Virus record (IMG/VR): IMGVR_UViG_3300025732_000021
Coordinates: 57,868 to 121,867 of that record
Origin: a virus
Length of the DNA stretch: 64,000 bases
Strand: one strand, 5' to 3'
In this document: piece after piece, positions 27,779 through 37,103 of the stretch
Numbering within the stretch: the first letter of the stretch is position 1
How the letters are laid out: every line of letters starts with the position of its first letter
Notes under the pieces: generated by a model
What the model saw: only the letters and a program-made list of their open reading frames with translations
Told to the model about the DNA's origin: nothing
The model's database searches: none
Position numbers and translations under genes: made by a program

Positions 27779-28124
27779 GTCCGTATGCTTCCTGCATTTT
27801 TAACTCTTTTGCCTTTGCTATTTTTAATAAAACAAGGTATCCAATAAGATCGTCAATATCGTTATCACCAACATACTCTGTGCCACGCATTATCCTACTT
27901 AACTTATCGTCTATACGTACATGTAATTGTTCTCTTGCATCAGCCCTGCTAAAAACACGAACTGGCTCTAATGCGGAATTACCATATGCTATATTTTTTT
28001 TAATAAGCATATGTGCAATTTCATGACAAGACTCATATATTTCTTTACCTGCAGATGTACCTACTGTTAGTAAATATAAATCATCACATCTAAAATTATC
28101 AATATCTGGAAATACTGGATTCAT
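27768..28124 (-). CDS. DUF1599/Nmad1-like all-alpha nucleotide pyrophosphatase-type protein
   Basis: KKNIAYGNS, RIDDKLSRI, DDLIGYLVL. Confidence 0.75.
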   Translation of the reverse strand: MNPVFPDIDNFRCDDLYLLTVGTSAGKEIYESCHEIAHMLIKKNIAYGNSALEPVRVFSRADAREQLHVRIDDKLSRIMRGTEYVGDNDIDDLIGYLVLLKIAKAKELKMQEAYGHVD

Positions 28125-28276
28125 CGTTTTGATTTCCTCAATCCAAATTTAGCAAGATATACGTATACTGTTTCCACTGTAACACCACACTCCTTTGCTA
28201 TGGCTTCTGGAGATTTTTTATCAACATGATATCTCTTTTTTAGCCATAGTTCGTTTGTATATAGTTTAGCACCCAT
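28121..28276 (-). CDS. Small HTH protein
   Basis: WLKKRY...SPEAIAKECGVTVETVYVYL. Confidence 0.7.
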   Translation of the reverse strand: MGAKLYTNELWLKKRYHVDKKSPEAIAKECGVTVETVYVYLAKFGLRKSKR

Positions 28277-28287
28277 AATATATCCTG

Positions 28288-28887
28288 TCAAATTGCCTTT
28301 TCCCAATTATTTATAGCCCAGTGACCTATTCCTGCTGAGTCTGCAACATCATTGTCTGTTATTTTTTTATCATAAATAACATCTAATAATTTAATGGTTC
28401 TTTGTTTTCTAAAGTCTCTTTCATATGTTTTATACCATGATGATGATTTTCCTGGATTAGCGGATCTAATATTTAACTGTTCTTCTTTAGTTAATTTTTT
28501 ATTTCCTAAGTAAGACTGCCATGTTATTGGAGAAACCTTACCAATAATTTTAATACCAGCCAGCCCAGCACCGCCTATTATCGCACCTTGAACAAGAGCA
28601 AGGTCTGCTGCAGTTTTTGGAGAATTCATAAAAACAGTATGCTCAATAATTATTGCTTCAACTAAGTTATAATGGTCAAATAATGCTTTTGTTTTTTTAT
28701 TTGCATCTATAACTTTTTGATAGATATCTTTACCTTTAAATTCTATTTTTCCATGTTCTGATAAGTTTTTATATGAGTAAATTGTAAATGCTAAACTTGT
28801 AGTGCTTGCGTCTATTGCACAAATAACTCCTGGCTGACTAGATAAATCATCTCTAAAATATCTATCTGTCTCTAAAGCCTTAGCCAT
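28288..28887 (-). CDS. RuvC-like Holliday junction resolvase
   Basis: AIDAS, IIIE, LALVQGAI, P.TW, DVADSAGI. Confidence 0.8.
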   Translation of the reverse strand: MAKALETDRYFRDDLSSQPGVICAIDASTTSLAFTIYSYKNLSEHGKIEFKGKDIYQKVIDANKKTKALFDHYNLVEAIIIEHTVFMNSPKTAADLALVQGAIIGGAGLAGIKIIGKVSPITWQSYLGNKKLTKEEQLNIRSANPGKSSSWYKTYERDFRKQRTIKLLDVIYDKKITDNDVADSAGIGHWAINNWEKAI

Positions 28888-29158
28888 TTGATAATCCTTT
28901 AATTTGTTTTATTGCTTTTTTAACGTCATTTGGATTAACAGAACAATTATTACATAACAAATCATCATTATATATTGATAACTTTGATCCACATTTTTTG
29001 CATAATCTATTTCTGCCTTTTCTTTTTTGTCTTCTAGTCTGAATATATCTTTGACTTATTTTTTCTTTTGTAGCAGATTCCCTGCATTCTGGAGAACAAT
29101 AAATCTGATAAGAAACTGTTGGCTCAAAAGTATGATCGCACCAATTACAACTTTTCAT
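28880..29158 (-). CDS. Double Zn-finger protein
   Basis: CNWC, CSPEC, CKKC, CNNC. Confidence 0.7.
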   Translation of the reverse strand: MKSCNWCDHTFEPTVSYQIYCSPECRESATKEKISQRYIQTRRQKRKGRNRLCKKCGSKLSIYNDDLLCNNCSVNPNDVKKAIKQIKGLSNG

Positions 29159-30005
29159 CTTCTAGCAACTCCAGAGGTTTAATTTTAATTACCCCTGTCT
29201 CTGCTTCAGCACATGCTTTTTGAATAGGACAAACTTTGCATATTTTAGAATTAGATCTGTAGGGTTTTTGTGGTAACTCCTGCTTTTTCCAACTTGCATA
29301 TACATCTTTCATCCAATCAAATGCCTGGTCTACCCACCGACGGAAATGATCGTTCATTACAACTGGCAAGGTTAATAGTTCATGATTATTTTTGTTCTCA
29401 TAAATCATTACACCCTTATCCACTTTCCATACCCTCATATAAATTAATAGTTGCATAAGATGACCCATCTTAGGCTTCTTACTATTCTTTTTATATTCAA
29501 AACCTTCATTAGTGATAGTTTTAATTTCACCAATAACTCGCTCATTATTAATATTAAGCATAACATCGCCATAACCATCAAATGGTGGATTTTCTAAACT
29601 TACTCTAAACTCCATTGAAGGATGTGTTTGTTTATTATACTTTCTTGGAACTGGATCCATAACCATGTCTTTATCAAGCAACCCAGAAGCCTCTATTGCT
29701 TCTTGTATTCTTTCATGACCCAAAGTTCCATTTGTTCTGTTTGCAACACCATATGCATCTGAGTTATCATGAAATACTGCTCCATCAAATGCTAGATACC
29801 AATATCTTGGACATTCACCAGCACCATAAGTTAAGCCAGATGCAGAAAAATTAGTCTTTTTACTAAACTTAGGTTTAGTTTTAGTTAAATATCCAGACTG
29901 TATTTTTTCAATTAAACCATCAATAAAAGACATATCTTCTAGATCTTTTGCTGTTTTATTTATTTTTGAATCTTTAATCATTACTTCTTTTAATAAATTT
30001 TTCAT
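29145..30005 (-). CDS. Cas4-like PD-(D/E)XK exonuclease
   Basis: CPR, GT..HE, GYGD, EIKT, QLLIY, CKVCPIQKAC (Fe-S cysteines). Confidence 0.85.
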   Translation of the reverse strand: MKNLLKEVMIKDSKINKTAKDLEDMSFIDGLIEKIQSGYLTKTKPKFSKKTNFSASGLTYGAGECPRYWYLAFDGAVFHDNSDAYGVANRTNGTLGHERIQEAIEASGLLDKDMVMDPVPRKYNKQTHPSMEFRVSLENPPFDGYGDVMLNINNERVIGEIKTITNEGFEYKKNSKKPKMGHLMQLLIYMRVWKVDKGVMIYENKNNHELLTLPVVMNDHFRRWVDQAFDWMKDVYASWKKQELPQKPYRSNSKICKVCPIQKACAEAETGVIKIKPLELLEDEKL

Positions 30006-30038
30006 TGTTATCCTTTGTTTATACTATTATAGCAGGTA

Positions 30039-30344
30039 TCATCTAGTTATATATTTAAGTGCAGATACAAGATTATTTATAGATTCTGCAGCAGTATAAT
30101 AAAGGTTCTTTTTGCCTCTATTAGATTTATCTACATTTGCCATCCAAGTGGCTCTTAATGCCATCTTAGATGCTATTGCTTGTAATCTAACTATCTCTAA
30201 AGTTGCAACATTCATAGGAATATCTGGTTTTAGTATTAACTTTGCAATTGTAGTTAATGCAACAGTAAACTCTTCATCTTCCATATATTCTGCGATTTCT
30301 GAAAGACCATTAATCATTTCTAGTGTAGTTTGTTGTTGTTCCAT
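30039..30344 (-). CDS. Hypothetical helical protein
   Basis: 101 aa ORF with TAATG coupling. Confidence 0.7.
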   Translation of the reverse strand: MEQQQTTLEMINGLSEIAEYMEDEEFTVALTTIAKLILKPDIPMNVATLEIVRLQAIASKMALRATWMANVDKSNRGKKNLYYTAAESINNLVSALKYITR

Positions 30345-31132
30345 TACCCCATCGATTCTGGCGGAATGCCGTCTTTTATACCATCTTCAGCCCATAATTT
30401 AAATGCAGCCTGCATGTCTGGCCTTGCTTGTAATTTATCTAAATATTCACGTCTTTTATCAGGATATTTTTCTGGATCTATTGGATTTTCTTCTCCATTA
30501 AATCTATAACTTGTAATAGGGCAATAGTCCATACTAATAATTTCACAAAACTCTCCCTCTTTAAACTTACGTTTTGGTCTCCAGTGAATCTGATTTACAG
30601 CACTAAATACTATAGTTTGTCCTGGACCAAGTGTGTATCTTGTAAAGTTTCCAGTATCATCCCAGTTACCAACATATAGATCCCACTCAATATTAGTATC
30701 TGGACAATAATTAATAGTAACAAGATTTTCATCAGCATCTAAATGTGGAGGTAGTGCTGGACTATTATCACCATAACCATATTTTAAATTATAATCAATA
30801 TAATTCCAATGACATAGAGCGATTGGTTCTTTATATAAAGGTTTAGCAATTGAGTCTAATATTTCCTCACAATCTTTAGGCATATCAAATTCAATTAAAA
30901 CACGGGACATATTTTTTGCTATTTTTGGCTGAAACCTACTTTTAAATGTTCCAGTTCTAATATATCCATCTTCAATTCTATCGCCAATAACAAATGGTTC
31001 TAATTTTCTGTTTTCTTTAATGATTGACATAATTCTATTTTTTTGATCATCATTAAATAAGTTATCTATATAAAATGGTAATGGTTTATTGTACTTATCA
31101 AACCCAGTTAAATAATTATGAATCTGAGCCAT
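30344..31132 (-). CDS. 2OG-Fe(II) oxygenase superfamily protein
   Basis: LPPHLD...HWRP; AGGAGG SD before MAQIH. Confidence 0.75.
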   Translation of the reverse strand: MAQIHNYLTGFDKYNKPLPFYIDNLFNDDQKNRIMSIIKENRKLEPFVIGDRIEDGYIRTGTFKSRFQPKIAKNMSRVLIEFDMPKDCEEILDSIAKPLYKEPIALCHWNYIDYNLKYGYGDNSPALPPHLDADENLVTINYCPDTNIEWDLYVGNWDDTGNFTRYTLGPGQTIVFSAVNQIHWRPKRKFKEGEFCEIISMDYCPITSYRFNGEENPIDPEKYPDKRREYLDKLQARPDMQAAFKLWAEDGIKDGIPPESMG

Positions 31133-31733
31133 TTGTCCAACCTCCTGCATCAAAATATGCCTTTCTATATGCTGCAACCTTTTCGTCCATTCTTTGATTT
31201 AGGTCTGGTTCTTTTGGTCCAGATGTTGGATCTGAAAAATGACAGAATATCATTTCTACAAAATCACCTTCTTTAAATAAAGTTGGCTTTCTCCAATGAA
31301 CTTGATGAGTTCCACTAAAAGTTATAGCCTGATTATCTTTTAATACAAACTCTTTATCTGGCTCAACCACTATTGGCCAACTAATGTTTGAACTTAACTG
31401 ATAATCAAATGTAAACCTTGGCTCCTTAAAAGTTTCATCATAATGCGGAAATAAGGAAGGTTTAAAATGAAACTTGCCACAATTACTGGTTACGTTCTCA
31501 TATCTTGCAAAACAATGCTCTGTTAGTACTAAATTATTGTTTCCACTAACCTGTCTTGCTAATCTTGTAAATTTTTCTGCGACAGCATTTTCAAGTTGTA
31601 TAAATAGGTTTGCCTGACAATGCTCTTGTACAAAATTACCGCCAGTGTTTCTAGAAATAGATGCTCTTACAGAATTTATTCCATCCTGATTTAAGATATC
31701 ATCTAGTATTACATTATTTTCATTATGCTTCAT
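31116..31733 (-). CDS. 2OG-Fe(II) oxygenase superfamily protein
   Basis: LFPHYD, DYQL.SNI.WP, HWRK. Confidence 0.75.
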   Translation of the reverse strand: MKHNENNVILDDILNQDGINSVRASISRNTGGNFVQEHCQANLFIQLENAVAEKFTRLARQVSGNNNLVLTEHCFARYENVTSNCGKFHFKPSLFPHYDETFKEPRFTFDYQLSSNISWPIVVEPDKEFVLKDNQAITFSGTHQVHWRKPTLFKEGDFVEMIFCHFSDPTSGPKEPDLNQRMDEKVAAYRKAYFDAGGWTNGSDS

Positions 31734-32365
31734 TATTTTCCTCCGTTATATTTTTCTGCAAAATCCCAAATTTCTTCACTTGTATAAGTACAATCATTTA
31801 TATTTTTATCCTCTAATTCAATATGAAAAAATAACATTTTAACATACTCTCCACTATTCCAACTTCTTTTTGCTCTCCAGTGGTAATTTTTAGTTGTTAT
31901 AATGCCAAGAGCATCATTATTTGACAATGAGTAGACGTCTTTATTTATTCCTATTGGCCAATCTATGTTTGAATCTAACTGATAGTCTAAGACAAAATCA
32001 GATGCGTCAGGATGGTCTTTATGTGGATTTAAATATGGCTGTCCGTTATCTCCATATTTTGGATTATATTCAACATATGTAATTCCAGTAATACCTGTTA
32101 CTTTCATATTCATTTCTGAACAAATATCATCAGCACATTCTTTTGCTACAGTAATAATTTCATACGGCAAAACAAACTTATCTATATCTAACCTAGAAAG
32201 TAACTCTTTCTTAATTGCAATAAATTTTTTATCATTCGGATACTCATGCCCAGTCTTTGAATCATACCAGTCTATCTGTTCTCTACTGGATAACTCTTTA
32301 TCAACACATTCATATATTTTTGCTATGTGTTCATTTGAAAAAACATTTTTTCTAATTAGACCCAT
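31733..32365 (-). CDS. 2OG-Fe(II) oxygenase superfamily protein
   Basis: LNPHKD, DYQLDSNIDWP, HWRA. Confidence 0.75.
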   Translation of the reverse strand: MGLIRKNVFSNEHIAKIYECVDKELSSREQIDWYDSKTGHEYPNDKKFIAIKKELLSRLDIDKFVLPYEIITVAKECADDICSEMNMKVTGITGITYVEYNPKYGDNGQPYLNPHKDHPDASDFVLDYQLDSNIDWPIGINKDVYSLSNNDALGIITTKNYHWRAKRSWNSGEYVKMLFFHIELEDKNINDCTYTSEEIWDFAEKYNGGK

Positions 32366-32371
32366 ATCTCC

Positions 32372-32377
32372 ATTATA
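32372..32377 (-). promoter_or_regulatory. -10 element overlapping the upstream stop codon; probable leaderless start
   Basis: TATAAT 6 nt before ATG at 32365. Confidence 0.5.
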
Positions 32378-32657
32378 CCTTATCGATTAACTCTTCTAAT
32401 ATGCTTAGTTCTATAATAGCAAGTCTAACTTTTTTATTTCCCTCTCCAAGGATAACCATAATTGCTGGGTCATTTCCATTTCTTATGGCATCAGTAGTTG
32501 CTTTAGCCCAAACATCATGGTTAAGGGTAAAGGATTTTGAATTTTCCTTAAAGTCTATAGTAAAATTTTTCCAAGTAGCGTCGCCCTTTTTTATATTTCT
32601 ACCAGAATTTTTATGCTGTTTAGCACCTATTCTTTTACTTTCATTTTTTTCACTCAT
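32373..32657 (-). CDS. Hjc-like PD-(D/E)XK resolvase/endonuclease
   Basis: NSGR...KGD...IDFKE...W.K. Confidence 0.7.
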   Translation of the reverse strand: MSEKNESKRIGAKQHKNSGRNIKKGDATWKNFTIDFKENSKSFTLNHDVWAKATTDAIRNGNDPAIMVILGEGNKKVRLAIIELSILEELIDKV

Positions 32658-32826
32658 TTGTTTTTATTTTCTTATATCCTACTTTATAAAGTTGTACTTC
32701 AGAGAGATGTTTATCTTGACACATCCATGATGCCATGCCTGTTGCTGGATATAGTCTCATTGTTTTTACCTCTTTTTTACATACTTTACAAGAAAACTTT
32801 CCTTGATAAATAGAATATTTATCCAC
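32650..32826 (-). CDS. Small Zn-ribbon protein, 58 aa, GTG start (not in ORF track)
   Basis: MDKYSIYQGKFSCKVCKKEVKTMRLYPATGMASWMCQDKHLSEV...; overlaps both neighbours. Confidence 0.7.
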   Translation of the reverse strand: MDKYSIYQGKFSCKVCKKEVKTMRLYPATGMASWMCQDKHLSEVQLYKVGYKKIKTNE

Positions 32827-33832
32827 TAATCTTATTCTTAATCATATCTTGTAGATCAAGATCCTCTCTTACACGATTTACAAAGGCATCTCTTCCTTGA
32901 ACCTTAGATCCATCTGGAAGCAAGTACCATGCTCCAGTACGTTCTACTATGCCAACAAGTTCAGCAGTGTCAACAAGATCAGCGACAGAATCAATGCCCA
33001 AACTATCGCCTCTAAAATAGAAGTCATACTCACCAGACTGAAAAGCAGGAGAAGTTTTGGAAAACTGGAGTTCCCATCTAATCTTTCTACCAACTTTTTC
33101 TTCAATAGCCTTGTCACCAACATATATTTTTCCTTTCAGTGCTTGATTATCAGATTCAGATGAAAATAATTTAACTACAGTAGAAGAATAAAACTTAGTT
33201 GCCTGCCCTCCAGTTGGTTGCTGGCTTGTATACATAGCATTAATATTATTTCTAGATTGAGAAATAAGTATTAGCAATGTTGGCTTCGCTTTATTATTTG
33301 CATAGTTAAGCATTTTCCAGGCATTGCTAAAGTCACGAGACTCAGCACCAATTTGTTTTGTATTTTCTAACTGCTTCAATTCTGACGAATCTTTTTCAAA
33401 ATAAATTGCTGGCAGCAAAGACGTAATTGAATCAACAACAATAATATCCACTCCAGCCTCTATTAGATTTACTCCAACATCGACCATTTCATTTATTGTC
33501 CTTGCCTGAGAAACAATTAATTTAGATGTATCTACTCCTAATTTTTCTGCCCAATCTTTATCATAAGACATTTCTGCGTCTATCCATGCACATATTTTGC
33601 CTTCTTTTTGAGCCAGTGCAATTGTCTGAAGACATAGAGATGATTTGGCGGATGACTTTGATCCCCAAATAAGCACTTGGCGACCATAAGGCAAACCACC
33701 ATTCAGTGCACGATTTAATCCAAAACTTGGTGTTACGGCATATTCTGTCTTTGGAACTTCGTCACCAACAAGAATGCTTTTTCTTAATTTAGGGTTTAGT
33801 TGTGCTAATACATCTTCAAGGCTAACCGACAT
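32819..33832 (-). CDS. recA: RecA-like recombinase
   Basis: GGLPYGR, GSKSSAKS, WIDAE, IVVDS, GGQATKFYSS, GAWY. Confidence 0.92.
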   Translation of the reverse strand: MSVSLEDVLAQLNPKLRKSILVGDEVPKTEYAVTPSFGLNRALNGGLPYGRQVLIWGSKSSAKSSLCLQTIALAQKEGKICAWIDAEMSYDKDWAEKLGVDTSKLIVSQARTINEMVDVGVNLIEAGVDIIVVDSITSLLPAIYFEKDSSELKQLENTKQIGAESRDFSNAWKMLNYANNKAKPTLLILISQSRNNINAMYTSQQPTGGQATKFYSSTVVKLFSSESDNQALKGKIYVGDKAIEEKVGRKIRWELQFSKTSPAFQSGEYDFYFRGDSLGIDSVADLVDTAELVGIVERTGAWYLLPDGSKVQGRDAFVNRVREDLDLQDMIKNKISG

Positions 33833-36800
33833 TTATATCCTCCAATATTACTGTACCGTCTTTAGTTTTACCCAATTCAAATTTATATGCATGTCCTTCT
33901 TCAATCTTCATATATGCTTTAGCAAATGCAGTAGGAAATACTGTTACTGGATGAAGTTCTCTAGAAGTATCTGCCAAAGTTAAAGAAGCCATTTTTTTGC
34001 CTGCTTTTGTTATTCTAGGCTTGAATGATATTACAAATAGTTCATCATCTTTGTATGGTAGCATCCTGTAATTTAAAAACTTAATTAATGCAGCATCTGA
34101 ATTTTTTATTTCATCCACAGGAACAGCACTAACAATTCTATTATCAGAACAGAGTGCAATATAACTTCGTCCAGCCTCAATTGTTGTTTGCTCTTCATCA
34201 AATACTCCTATGCTTCCAGTCTTATCTAATATTTCTACACGAGACCAACCTTTGCCACGCTTAATTCCTTTAACCATTCCCATAAGAATAAAAGATCCTT
34301 TTTCTTCAAAATCTTCTACAGGATTTATAAAAGCATGATAGTGTGATGGAACTGTCTGCGTGAATTCTGGCAAACCTAAATATTCATAAAGATTTTCACG
34401 AATCTCATTATCATTTCTTGGATTATCTGGAAATGTTGCAGCACCAATAACTCTTAATGCTTCCAATGCTCTACTGTTTACTCCATTTCCTTTTGTAAAC
34501 GTGAAATCTCTAAGTGCTTCAAAAGATTTAAAAGGTCGTGCCGATATATAGCGTTCTGCAATTTTATCAGAGATGAACTTGATCCCCGAGAGTCCAAACC
34601 GAATACCCTTACCCTCAATTTTAAAATCAATATCCGAATCATTAATGTGAGGCAACTTAATGCTAATGCCCATTCTTTTCGCTTCAATAAGATATTCAGT
34701 TCGTGCATCCTTGTCCCTTTCATTTTTTAGCAATGAGTACATAAACTCAATTGGATAATAATACTTTAGCCATGCCGTCCAATACGAGAGCGTAGAGTAA
34801 GCAACCGCATGAGACTTGTTGAACGAATAACCCGCATGCGCCTCAAAGTCATGCCATAAATCACGAGCCTGATTAGGACTAATAAACTTAGAAGCACCAT
34901 CAACGAACTTATCACGAAACGCATCAAACTCTCTAGCATCTTTCTTTTTACCAATGATCTTACGAACTTTATCAGCCTCAGACCACGACATTCCTCCCAA
35001 CTGAACACAGGCTTGCATAACCTGCTCTTGGTATAGGATACACCCATATGTTTCTTCTGTAAAAGGTTTCATGGTTTGGTGCAAATAATTAACTGACTGC
35101 CTACCATGCTTTCTTTCAATATAATCTTTTCCAATAGTATTCATGGCTCCTGGGCGAACAAGAGCATTTGATGCAGCCAATTCAGCAAGATTTTTTACTC
35201 CCATTTTAACTAAAAGGTTTGTATATGGTGTTGCTTCACATTGAAATACACCTTTTGTATAGCCTTCAGAAAGCATTTGGTAAACCTTTTGGTCTTGCAT
35301 ATCTAGTCCTAAAAGATTTATTTCTGTTCCTTCTCTTTCCTTAATAATCTTTAAGGTATCATTAATAACACTTAAAGTTTTAAGACCAAGTGCGTCGATT
35401 TTGATGAGTCCGATTTTTTCAGCCTCTTCCATATCAACTGCCACAACTGGTATACGATCATCGCTGCCAGGAGAGTTGCGTGTCTCCATCGGTGCGTACC
35501 TAAAAATAGGATTTTTACTAGTGACAACACCAGCAGCATGTATGCCAGTACCTCTAATACGGCCACGAAGTTGTTCTCCATATTGTTCCACCTCTGGATA
35601 TTTTTCTCTAAACCATGCAGTTGTTTTTGAAGTACAATATTCATCCCATGTATCTACTAACTTCAATACTTTGTTTACATCTGCTAATGGAATATTTAAT
35701 GCACGAGCAACATCTCGCACAACACCTTTATCCTTAAATTCTAAAAATGTAGCAATAGAAGCAACATGCTTATATTGTCTAACAAGATAATCTTTTACTT
35801 CGTCACGACGAGAATCTTGAATATCTGTATCAATATCTGGAAAGTCATTACGCTCTGGATTAATAAATCGGAAGAATAGAAGTCCGTGTTTTAATGGGTC
35901 AATATCTGTAATACCTAATGCATAACACAAAAGAGATCCAGCAGAAGATCCACGACCTGGACCAACCATGATTCCTTCTTTTTTAGCCCATGAAATCATG
36001 CTTTGTACAACTAGAAAATAAGGTCCAAAATTTTTATCTTTAATAACCTTTAATTCTTCTTCAAGTCTATCAAGATATTCTTGATTAGTGTCAAGCCCTT
36101 TATCTTTCAAACCCTCAATAGCCAGTTCTTTTAATTGTTTATCTGGATTTTTATATTGAACTGGCAATAAATTTAATCCATCTTGTATGTCATAATCTTC
36201 AATCTTATTGGCAAGATCAATAGTATTTTCATAAATGTCAGTTCTCCATACCGCCTGCTTTTCCATTGCCTCTTTGATTTCTTCATAAGATAATAGGTGA
36301 ATATCAAACTTATTAAATGACATCTGTCTATCAGCACCATATAAATAATCAAGACGCTTCATTAAGTCACCTTGCTTTTTAGACTTTTCATATGTAGCAT
36401 CTTTTTGAATCTTATTAGAATATGTATTAAGAATTAATTTTAATTCTTGAATCTCTTTTTGTGATTGATCAACATGATGACAGTCTGGAGTTACAATTGG
36501 CTTAATATTAAATTCATCTGCTAACTGTAAAATTGTTCTATTAATTGATTCATTATTATGTGGCATTACCTCAAGATAATAATCACCACCAAATTCTTCT
36601 TTAAACCATTTAATATATTTCTTTGCCATACCAAGTTCACCAAGTTCAATTGATTTAGCAACGATTCCGCTTGGGCATGCAGAAGATACAATTATGCCCT
36701 CTTTGTATTTGGAAAGAACTTCAAAATCTATTCTGGGTTTTTTGTAATAACCTTCTGTCCAAGCAATTTCATTTAATTTATTCAGATTTTCTAAACCAAC

Positions 36801-37100
36801 CTTGTTCTTGGCTAGAAGGATTATATGGTTATAAACCATATCTAGTTGATCGGTTCTTTCGCCTTTATCTCTTTGATCAAAGCGATCCTCACACATATAA
36901 CCTTCTATGCCAAGAATAGGCTTTATACCACTTGCTTTAGCAACACGATACATCTCTCTATGGCCAGAAAGGGAGCCATGGTCTGTAATCGATATTGCAG
37001 GCATACCCAAGTTTTTAGCACGTTCAACATATTCAGACGGCAACCCAATTCCGTCAAATAGTGAAAAATGGGTATGTAAATGAAGTGGTACGTAGTTCAT
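33822..37100 (-). CDS. dnaE: DNA polymerase III alpha subunit
   Basis: PHP HLHTHFS...TDHG, GPGRGSSAGS, PDIDTD, HAAGVV, GVFQ, YSFNKSHA. Confidence 0.97.
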   Translation of the reverse strand: MNYVPLHLHTHFSLFDGIGLPSEYVERAKNLGMPAISITDHGSLSGHREMYRVAKASGIKPILGIEGYMCEDRFDQRDKGERTDQLDMVYNHIILLAKNKVGLENLNKLNEIAWTEGYYKKPRIDFEVLSKYKEGIIVSSACPSGIVAKSIELGELGMAKKYIKWFKEEFGGDYYLEVMPHNNESINRTILQLADEFNIKPIVTPDCHHVDQSQKEIQELKLILNTYSNKIQKDATYEKSKKQGDLMKRLDYLYGADRQMSFNKFDIHLLSYEEIKEAMEKQAVWRTDIYENTIDLANKIEDYDIQDGLNLLPVQYKNPDKQLKELAIEGLKDKGLDTNQEYLDRLEEELKVIKDKNFGPYFLVVQSMISWAKKEGIMVGPGRGSSAGSLLCYALGITDIDPLKHGLLFFRFINPERNDFPDIDTDIQDSRRDEVKDYLVRQYKHVASIATFLEFKDKGVVRDVARALNIPLADVNKVLKLVDTWDEYCTSKTTAWFREKYPEVEQYGEQLRGRIRGTGIHAAGVVTSKNPIFRYAPMETRNSPGSDDRIPVVAVDMEEAEKIGLIKIDALGLKTLSVINDTLKIIKEREGTEINLLGLDMQDQKVYQMLSEGYTKGVFQCEATPYTNLLVKMGVKNLAELAASNALVRPGAMNTIGKDYIERKHGRQSVNYLHQTMKPFTEETYGCILYQEQVMQACVQLGGMSWSEADKVRKIIGKKKDAREFDAFRDKFVDGASKFISPNQARDLWHDFEAHAGYSFNKSHAVAYSTLSYWTAWLKYYYPIEFMYSLLKNERDKDARTEYLIEAKRMGISIKLPHINDSDIDFKIEGKGIRFGLSGIKFISDKIAERYISARPFKSFEALRDFTFTKGNGVNSRALEALRVIGAATFPDNPRNDNEIRENLYEYLGLPEFTQTVPSHYHAFINPVEDFEEKGSFILMGMVKGIKRGKGWSRVEILDKTGSIGVFDEEQTTIEAGRSYIALCSDNRIVSAVPVDEIKNSDAALIKFLNYRMLPYKDDELFVISFKPRITKAGKKMASLTLADTSRELHPVTVFPTAFAKAYMKIEEGHAYKFELGKTKDGTVILEDINVG
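35372..35581 (-). CDS. Candidate overprinted 2-TM membrane protein in the +1 frame of dnaE
   Basis: GAGGTG SD 7 nt before ATG; local C/G-ending synonymous codons in dnaE; 69 aa. Confidence 0.45.
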   Translation of the reverse strand: MENNFVAVLEVLAYMLLVLSLVKILFLGTHRWRHATLLAAMIVYQLWQLIWKRLKKSDSSKSTHLVLKL

Positions 37101-37103
37101 CTA

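Noticed and set aside
29145-30005. CRISPR-Cas locus
   Set aside because: Solo Cas4-like nuclease; no other cas genes and no repeat-spacer array seen
34944-34950. T AAA AAG as a dnaX-like slippery site in dnaE
   Set aside because: Not a canonical X XXY YYZ heptamer; it encodes the conserved GKK motif, and a -1 shift would not enter the +1 ORF
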